From NCBI RefSeq assembly GCF_001997385.1, contig NZ_CP019633.1:2280001-2312000 (forward strand): DNA of 32,000 nucleotides, written 5' to 3'. The notes under the pieces are model-generated. The model did no database searches and was not told the origin of the DNA. It worked only from the letters and a program-made list of their open reading frames with translations. The translations under genes and the position numbers were made by a program. This stretch comes from Sedimentisphaera cyanobacteriorum (GTDB taxonomy: Bacteria; Planctomycetota; Phycisphaerae; Sedimentisphaerales; Sedimentisphaeraceae). Of this stretch, positions 17,675 to 24,339 are shown piece by piece. The first letter of the stretch is position 1; the number at the start of each line of letters is the position of its first letter.

Positions 17675-19954
17675 ATGAATAAAAAGCATACGAAAAAGTG
17701 TTTCCTCTTTTGCGCAGTCTTGTGTCTGGTTCTTTCGGGAACTCTTTACGGGCAGGCGGATGTAATAGCGACATTTAATGATATGACCACAGGCGGTATG
17801 CGGGAGAACGACGGTCAGCCGGCCGGTACTGGTGTTGGCTTTTCAACAGATTACTGGCAGGCAAATACATCTCACTGCAAAGTAAGGGAAGATAACCTTG
17901 CTGCACCTTCAAGCACCGGTTATTCGATTGTGCAGACTGGCACAGCTCAGTGCGTGCAGGTGCAGTCGATACACCAGAGAAGGCAGTATCGCGAGCTGAT
18001 ACATGAAAATCTCGTTGGCAGCTGCTGGATATCATTTCTTGCTAAAAATACAAAATCAACGAATGTTACCGGAATTGATTTTGATGAATATGTCAGCTAC
18101 TGGGTAAATAAAGACAGGGAAATCTCGCTTCGCGGGACAAACCTGTATGTTCAAGGCAGCGGGGGCACCGGCTCCGGCGGGATCGACGTTAGCAGTAAAT
18201 ACGCAATTGGCGAGACAGCCTTGGTTCTCTGCAAGTTTATGCCGAATGCGTATTCATCTCCTGCCCACCTGCAGGTTTGGGTGAATCCAAATACTGCAAA
18301 CGGTCCGGACGGCCTTGGCACGCCCGATTTCGAGCAGCTCAGCGACCTTGGCTGGGGCGAAATGGACAGGCTGAAAGGTCTCGGCCTGCTAGCCTATGAT
18401 ACCGACGACCACTGGGGCGGCCTGATAGATGCTGTATATATCAGCCAAGGTGATGATGCATTCTACGATGTGGTTGGCGTAAATCTCAATGCTTATTCCC
18501 CAAGTCCTGAAAGCGGAGAAGAAGGCGTGGGTGTTAAGAATAACGGTAATGTCGATGTTACCCTCGAATGGAAAACCGGAAGAGATGACAGCACCTCTGA
18601 CCCGCAGCCGTATAACCCTGATATCAAAAAACATTATCTTTATATGAGCAGCGGCGTGGAAGGTGATACTGACCTCGAACTTAAAGCCTCCCTTGATGTA
18701 ACCGGCCTTAATGAATCCTATTCGACAACTCTCAATCTTGACGGAAAATACTACTGGCTTATCGAAGAAGGCCTTGATGACGGCACAGGTTCAGCGAATC
18801 CTCCGGGCGACCCGAACAACTATGTAAGCGCAGTTTGGGAGTTTGAAACATTAAAGAGTGTGCCTGTGGTAACAGCTCAGCCGGAAGATGTGTTTGTTGG
18901 TATTGGAGATACTGCTGAGCTGAGCGTTAGCGTGTCCACTATGTCAAGCGAAAGCTATCAGTGGTATAAATCTCTGGATGATGCCGTTGATACTGGCGAA
19001 GATGATTCATTAATAGCCGGCGCTGATTCAAACACCTTAACAGTGTACTCTGCAGCTGTTGAGGATGAGGCATACTATTACTGCGAAATTACCAACAGCA
19101 GCGGCACAACCGTTTCTGATACAGCATCTCTGGGAGTAAAGAGACTGATGGCTAAGTATTCAATGGATCAGGCCGATTATGATGGAAGCTCCTATCTTGA
19201 CTCAAGCCCTGAAGATGGAACTGCACATGATGCACAGCTGGTAGGCGAAGTGGATGTCCAGTTTGTAACAGGAGCTGACGGCACGCCAAACGGTGCTGTT
19301 AAGATTGATCCTAACAGTGTTGCAAATGCAGGCACTTGGAATCCCTCAGAATTCAGCAATGAGCTTACTGCTGCTTTCTGGGTTGAATGGGACGGCGTAA
19401 GCGATGTTCGTCAGGGCTATCTGGGCAAATCGGTTGACTTGAATGCCGGAAATATGTGGTTTATCCGCGGTCAGTATGTCAGCAGTACAAGTATGAAGTT
19501 GATGAGAAACGGCAGCTACGGGCCTGCAGCAGGACCTTTGACTGATGATAACCAGTGGCAGTTTGTAGCGTTTACCGTCTCAGATAATAACGCAAACTGC
19601 TATGTGAATGGAATTAACAGCGGCACTTCCGATTTTACTTTAGGCTCAGACCCTGAAGACCTTGCAGCCCCTATCTGGATAGGGCGATTTAGTGAACTCT
19701 CGCCTGAAAGGATTGCGAACGCTTCTATGGATGATGTTCGAATCTACAATTACGCCCTGAGCCCGGAAGAGATTGCTCAGCTGTATTACGATGTATCAGG
19801 AGAGCCGATTTGCATAGACCCCCCAGACCCCGCTTACGATTTGAGCGGACCTGAAGGTATGCCGGACTGTAAGGTTGATATGTATGATTTTGTTCAAATC
19901 GCAAAAAAATGGTTTGAATGCGGCCTTTATCCGGCCTCCTTATGCTTTGAATGA
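17675..19954 (+). CDS. Secreted multidomain surface protein, paralog of 15381 (shared N-module, Fn3-like, Ig-like, LamG, 4-Cys tail)
   Basis: Signal MNKKHTKKCFLFCAVLCLVLSGTLYG. The Ig-like block is YQWYK...DEAYYYCEITNSSGT. The LamG-type ending is MDDVRIYNYALSPEEIAQLYYDV. The tail is DCKVDMYDFVQIAKKWFECGLYPASLCFE. Confidence 0.8.
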   Translation: MNKKHTKKCFLFCAVLCLVLSGTLYGQADVIATFNDMTTGGMRENDGQPAGTGVGFSTDYWQANTSHCKVREDNLAAPSSTGYSIVQTGTAQCVQVQSIHQRRQYRELIHENLVGSCWISFLAKNTKSTNVTGIDFDEYVSYWVNKDREISLRGTNLYVQGSGGTGSGGIDVSSKYAIGETALVLCKFMPNAYSSPAHLQVWVNPNTANGPDGLGTPDFEQLSDLGWGEMDRLKGLGLLAYDTDDHWGGLIDAVYISQGDDAFYDVVGVNLNAYSPSPESGEEGVGVKNNGNVDVTLEWKTGRDDSTSDPQPYNPDIKKHYLYMSSGVEGDTDLELKASLDVTGLNESYSTTLNLDGKYYWLIEEGLDDGTGSANPPGDPNNYVSAVWEFETLKSVPVVTAQPEDVFVGIGDTAELSVSVSTMSSESYQWYKSLDDAVDTGEDDSLIAGADSNTLTVYSAAVEDEAYYYCEITNSSGTTVSDTASLGVKRLMAKYSMDQADYDGSSYLDSSPEDGTAHDAQLVGEVDVQFVTGADGTPNGAVKIDPNSVANAGTWNPSEFSNELTAAFWVEWDGVSDVRQGYLGKSVDLNAGNMWFIRGQYVSSTSMKLMRNGSYGPAAGPLTDDNQWQFVAFTVSDNNANCYVNGINSGTSDFTLGSDPEDLAAPIWIGRFSELSPERIANASMDDVRIYNYALSPEEIAQLYYDVSGEPICIDPPDPAYDLSGPEGMPDCKVDMYDFVQIAKKWFECGLYPASLCFE
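18311..18358 (+). repeat. 48-nt stretch identical to 13939..13986
   Basis: Same 48-mer as in the PEP-CTERM paralog. Identity remains about 90% over 112 nt (18311..18422 against 13939..14050). Confidence 0.9.
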
Positions 19955-19996
19955 AAAATTTAATTTAATAATTCTTTAGAAGACTGTAATTTAATA

Positions 19997-20022
19997 GGGG
20001 CTGGGCTCTTCGGCTTAGCCCC
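19997..20022 (+). terminator. Stem-loop after the surface-protein operon (candidate intrinsic terminator)
   Basis: GGGGCTGGGCT-CTTC-GGCTTAGCCCC begins 43 nt after the stop at 19954. The outer 6 bp are perfect and the inner pairs include G-U. It is followed by CTATATTAA rather than a clean T-run. Confidence 0.45.
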
Positions 20023-20085
20023 CTATATTAAGACACGAACTGTTATCTATATCTGCAGCAACTGGGAAATTTGAGGTAATTTAAT

Positions 20086-22494
20086 TTGATTAATATAGAA
20101 CAGCCGGCCGATAAACGAGAGTTTAGGCAGGAAAATATTCAATGCGACCTTGCAGTTATCGGCGGCGGACTTGCCGGCGTATGCGCAGCTGTTACCGCTG
20201 CCCGAGAGGGCTTGAGCGTTGCCTTGGTTCAGGACAGGCCGGTTCTCGGGGGGAATGCATCCAGCGAAGTTCGTCTTTGGGCACTTGGAGCCACCTCTCA
20301 TAAAGGCAATAACAATCGCTGGTCTCGTGAGGGCGGGGTGATCGATGAAATACTTGTTGAAAATATATATCGCAACCCCGAGGGGAATCCTGTAATCTTC
20401 GATACTGTGATCCTTGAGAAGGTAGTCGAAGAGCCGAATATAAATTTACTGCTGAATACTTCGGCTGTTAAAATAACTAAAAAAGAAAATCAAAAAATTG
20501 AATCAGTAACAGCATTCTGTTCACAGAATTCAATTTTATACAATATTTCAGCTCCTTTGTTTTGCGATGCCTCCGGGGACGGTGTAACAGCGTATCTTGC
20601 GGGTGCAGAATTTCGAATGGGCGCCGAGAGCAGAGAAGAATTTGATGAAAAATTCGCACCTTCATTAGAGTACGGCGCATTGATGGGTCATTCAATCTTT
20701 TTCTATTCAAAGGATACCGGCAAACCCGTTCGCTTTGTACCTCCAAGCTATGCATTGAAGGATATAAAACAAATACCTCGATATCGCAATTTTGGGAAAA
20801 ATCATTATGGCTGTCAGCTTTGGTGGGTAGAATACGGCGGGCGTCTTGATACGGTGCACGATACAGAGAAAATCAAATGGGAGCTGTGGAAGATTGTTTA
20901 CGGGATATGGGATTATATAAAAAATTCCGGCAGCTTTCCGGGCACTGAAAATATGACTCTTGAGTGGGTAGGAATGATTCCCGGCAAGCGTGAAAGCCGG
21001 CGTTTTATCGGCGACTATATACTTGTACAAAATGATATAGTGCGTCAGAAAGAGCATTACGATGCTGTTTCCTACGGCGGCTGGGCAATCGATCTGCACC
21101 CGGCAGACGGGATTTACAGCAGACTGCCCGGGTGCGACCAATGGCATTCCAAGGGCGTTTATCAGATTCCATACCGGTGTATGTACAGCAAGGATATTGA
21201 AAACCTTTTCCTTGCAGGCAGGATTATGAGCACTTCTCACGTAGCAAACGGGTCCACCCGCGTTATGCTTACATGTGCGCATAACGCTCAGGCAGTTGGA
21301 ATGGCTTCAGTTTTGTGCGTTCGTGATAAATGCCTGCCGAGGGATGTCGCTGAGCCTGAGAAGGTTTCTCTGCTCCAGCAGAAACTTCTCAAATGCGGGC
21401 AGTACATCCCGGGCATTAAACTTGAAGACCCCGAAGATATAGCTAAAGAGGCCGCAATCAGCGTTTCCAGCGAATTGAAGCTTTCGAAACTTGATAATAA
21501 AGGCCCGCTGCTTACTTTACACGATTCAATGGCAATGCTCTTTCCGGCAAGAAAAGGCAGTAATATTTTTGTCTCATTTGAAATTTTTGCAGATAAAGAA
21601 ACTGAACTGATTGTCGAGCTCAAATCAAGCAGCAGGATTGGTAATTTTACTCCGGATCTGCTTCTGGAAAGGAAAAAGATTTCCATTTCCCCCAAAACTG
21701 CATCTGAAAGCTGCAGAGCTAAAGAAAAGGTGAAGTTGTATTCAGGTGCTGACGGGGGTGTTAATTCAGGGGCAGCTGCTTTTACGCAAAAGTTTAATCA
21801 AACCTCCGAGGACTCTTTCTCTCAGGGCAATATTGAAATTGAATTCGAGTCTATACTGGAAACTGATCAGTACGTGTTTATCTGCCTCCGGAAAAATCCC
21901 GATATCCATATCCGCTGCAGCAGTCAGCATATTACCGGGGTTCTGTCTGTAGTTTCAAAGGGTAATTTTAGAGTCAGCAACGGAAATATACAAAAGCCGG
22001 ATAAGGATATTGGCGTTGATGAAATGGAATTCTGGATTCCGCAGCGCTGGCCGAACTGTCATCTGCTCTCGTGCAGATTTAAATCTGCGATTGAAGCTTT
22101 CGGCCCTGATAATTTGACTAACGGATTTGCCAGGCCTTTCAAAGGGGCGAATGCCTGGGTTGCAGATTTTGATGACCGTTCACCGGAGGCTGTCCTTGAA
22201 TGGGAGAAACCAAAATCTATTAAAAAAATTGAACTGGCTTTTGATACCGATTTCGACCATCCAATGGAATCGGTTTTTATGGGACACACTTATCACACAG
22301 TACCTTACTGTGTTAGGGAATACCTTATATCAGATTCACAGGGCAGGGTGGTTTACGAATGCAGGGAAAACCATAAGACTCGTAATGTTATAACATTTGA
22401 TGAGCCTGTAACCACTGATAAGCTTATAATTCAGCTTCAAAGGCCTGATGTGAATATACCTGCTGCGCTGTTTGAAGTGCGGTGTTATGAATAG
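20086..22494 (+). CDS. Cytosolic FAD-dependent oxidoreductase with a C-terminal discoidin-like (galactose-binding-like) domain
   Basis: TTG start 10 nt after GAGG, with no signal peptide. DLAVIGGGLAGVCAAVTAARE and RPVLGGNASSEVRLW lie at the extreme N-terminus, so the start must be non-ATG. The C-terminal ~125 aa end in ALFEVRCYE, which resembles an F5/8-type-C domain. Confidence 0.8.
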   Translation: MINIEQPADKREFRQENIQCDLAVIGGGLAGVCAAVTAAREGLSVALVQDRPVLGGNASSEVRLWALGATSHKGNNNRWSREGGVIDEILVENIYRNPEGNPVIFDTVILEKVVEEPNINLLLNTSAVKITKKENQKIESVTAFCSQNSILYNISAPLFCDASGDGVTAYLAGAEFRMGAESREEFDEKFAPSLEYGALMGHSIFFYSKDTGKPVRFVPPSYALKDIKQIPRYRNFGKNHYGCQLWWVEYGGRLDTVHDTEKIKWELWKIVYGIWDYIKNSGSFPGTENMTLEWVGMIPGKRESRRFIGDYILVQNDIVRQKEHYDAVSYGGWAIDLHPADGIYSRLPGCDQWHSKGVYQIPYRCMYSKDIENLFLAGRIMSTSHVANGSTRVMLTCAHNAQAVGMASVLCVRDKCLPRDVAEPEKVSLLQQKLLKCGQYIPGIKLEDPEDIAKEAAISVSSELKLSKLDNKGPLLTLHDSMAMLFPARKGSNIFVSFEIFADKETELIVELKSSSRIGNFTPDLLLERKKISISPKTASESCRAKEKVKLYSGADGGVNSGAAAFTQKFNQTSEDSFSQGNIEIEFESILETDQYVFICLRKNPDIHIRCSSQHITGVLSVVSKGNFRVSNGNIQKPDKDIGVDEMEFWIPQRWPNCHLLSCRFKSAIEAFGPDNLTNGFARPFKGANAWVADFDDRSPEAVLEWEKPKSIKKIELAFDTDFDHPMESVFMGHTYHTVPYCVREYLISDSQGRVVYECRENHKTRNVITFDEPVTTDKLIIQLQRPDVNIPAALFEVRCYE

Positions 22495-22496
22495 AT

Positions 22497-22531
22497 GCTG
22501 CTTATATTTTTTACAAAAAAGCTAAAGCAGC
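22497..22531 (+). other. Imperfect stem-loop between the FAD oxidoreductase and the symporter gene
   Basis: GCTGCTT...AAGCAGC is a 7-bp outer stem enclosing TTTTTT-ACA-AAAAA. It starts 3 nt after the stop and has no trailing T-run. Confidence 0.3.
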
Positions 22532-22589
22532 TGAGCGAATCTGTTTACCTTAATACAAACTGCCTGTTCAAAAAAGAAAGGACTGCAAA

Positions 22590-24335
22590 TTGAACGGATT
22601 GGATTACATAGTACTCGGCTTTTACCTTTTAGGAATCTTGTTTGTTGGTATGCTTTTTACCCGCAAGAATAAGAGCTCTGCTGATATGTTTGCCGCAGGC
22701 GGGCAGTCCCCTTGGTGGACAAGCGGGCTGAGCGGGTTTATGACGATGTTCTCCGCAAATACGTTTGTAGTGTGGGGCGGAATTGCATATAAGTACGGTA
22801 TGGCAGCTGTTGCCATTAATTTGATGTACGGGGTTGCTGCGCTGCTGGTTGGGTATTTCGTTGCAGGTAAATGGAAAAAGATTGGAATAAAAAGCCCTGC
22901 AGAGTTCATTCAGCTCAGGTACGGGAATAAAGCGCTTCATTTTTATACATGGTTTATGATGACCTTCCGTATGGTTGGAACTGCCGGTTCGCTTTATGCG
23001 CTGGGAACAATTTTTACCGCTCTTCTGACCAATGGAGACTACAGCCTTTCAGCTCTGAATATTGCTATTATTATATTCGGCGGGATTGTAGTACTTTATA
23101 CGATGTTTGGCGGCCTCTGGGCAGTTCTTATGACTGATACTCTTCAGTTTATCCTGCTGAATCTTGCAGTATTATTTGTTGTTCCGCTGGCCTTTATGAA
23201 GGTAGGCGGGGTAGGAGAATTTATAAACAAGGCTCCTGAGAACTTTTTCCTGCCTGTGGGAGGCAGTTATACGTGGTTCTTCCTTGCAGGCTGGTGCGTA
23301 ATTCATTTCTTTATGATTGGTGCTGAGTGGGCATTTGTGCAGCGTTTTATATGTGTTCCCTCGGCGAAAGAGGCCAAGAAAAGCTCGTATCTGTTCGGTA
23401 TTTTATATTTGGTAAGCCCCTTGCTCTGGCTTCTGCCTCCAATGCTCTGGAGGGTGCAGTCGCCGATTCCTGAAGGCGCTACAGAGCAGGAAATTCGAGT
23501 TCTCTCGGAAAATGCGTACATCCTTTCCTGCAAATCTGTTTTGCCGGTCGGGATGGTGGGGCTGATGGTTGCCGCTATGTTCTCCGCCACGGCCAGTATG
23601 GTCAGCTCGCAGCTGAATGTTTTCTCCGGAGTGTTGACGAACGATATATACCGCCCACTGCGAGGCGGAAAATTGAGCGATTCTCAGATGGTCTGGGCGG
23701 GGCGTTATTTTACAATACTGCTCGGGGCAGTCCTTGTGGGGATTGCAATCTCAATCCCGTATTTGGGCGGTGCGGAGAAGGTTATTATATCCATTACTGA
23801 ATTAATGGTTGTAGCTCTGCTCGCACCAACCCTTTGGGGACTCTTCAGCAAAAAGATTAACTCCTTCGCAGTTTGGATCACAGCTTCGACAGGTTTCATT
23901 TCAGGATGCATTGTTCGTTTCGGTCTTAGCCCGGAGGGCTTTCTCAGCGGGTTTGAGCCGTTATCCGGATTAAGCAGCTGGGTGGGCTCTCATTCCACTG
24001 AAACAAAGACATTTACAGGCGTTCTGCTGCCTGTTATAACTCTTGCAGTAATACAGATGTTTTCAAGGAAAAGGTCTGAAGGGTATGATAAGATTCAGGC
24101 TCTGGAGGCTGAAGAGGATAAACTGAAAAGAAGCGGCGCTGTGAAGGCAAGCAGCCTTCCTGCGATTATTGTGGCATGGAGTCTTGCTGTATGCGGTCTG
24201 CTTATGCTGGTGTTGAGCTTTTTCGGCAAAGAATCTTCCGGTGTGATTCTAACATTCGCATTAACATTGTTTGCAATTTCCGGTTTTATAGTTATCGGTA
24301 TTTCAAGAATGAGCAAAAAGGGAAAGATAGGATGA
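22590..24335 (+). CDS. Sodium:solute symporter (SSS) family transporter
   Basis: TTG start after AAAGGA. The 581-aa polytopic protein has about 14 hydrophobic segments, and its N-terminal region (YIVLGFYLLGILFVGMLF.RKNKSSADMFAAGGQSPWW) is typical of SSS transporters. Confidence 0.8.
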   Translation: MNGLDYIVLGFYLLGILFVGMLFTRKNKSSADMFAAGGQSPWWTSGLSGFMTMFSANTFVVWGGIAYKYGMAAVAINLMYGVAALLVGYFVAGKWKKIGIKSPAEFIQLRYGNKALHFYTWFMMTFRMVGTAGSLYALGTIFTALLTNGDYSLSALNIAIIIFGGIVVLYTMFGGLWAVLMTDTLQFILLNLAVLFVVPLAFMKVGGVGEFINKAPENFFLPVGGSYTWFFLAGWCVIHFFMIGAEWAFVQRFICVPSAKEAKKSSYLFGILYLVSPLLWLLPPMLWRVQSPIPEGATEQEIRVLSENAYILSCKSVLPVGMVGLMVAAMFSATASMVSSQLNVFSGVLTNDIYRPLRGGKLSDSQMVWAGRYFTILLGAVLVGIAISIPYLGGAEKVIISITELMVVALLAPTLWGLFSKKINSFAVWITASTGFISGCIVRFGLSPEGFLSGFEPLSGLSSWVGSHSTETKTFTGVLLPVITLAVIQMFSRKRSEGYDKIQALEAEEDKLKRSGAVKASSLPAIIVAWSLAVCGLLMLVLSFFGKESSGVILTFALTLFAISGFIVIGISRMSKKGKIG

Positions 24336-24339
24336 TTAT

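Noticed and set aside
13939-18422. The 48-nt / 112-nt repeat pair considered as a diversity-generating retroelement TR/VR pair
   Set aside because: There is no reverse transcriptase gene in the window. The mismatches between the copies are not restricted to adenine positions of one copy (a/g, t/a, t/g, c/a and g/a changes all occur). Both copies lie within homologous coding regions.
20060-20076. AAATTTGAGGTAAT upstream of the 20086 gene resembles the second half of motif site D (AAATCTGAGGTTAC)
   Set aside because: It is a single half-site only, and its GAGG lies 10 nt before the TTG start, which a ribosome-binding site explains. There is no tandem partner at the 21-bp spacing.
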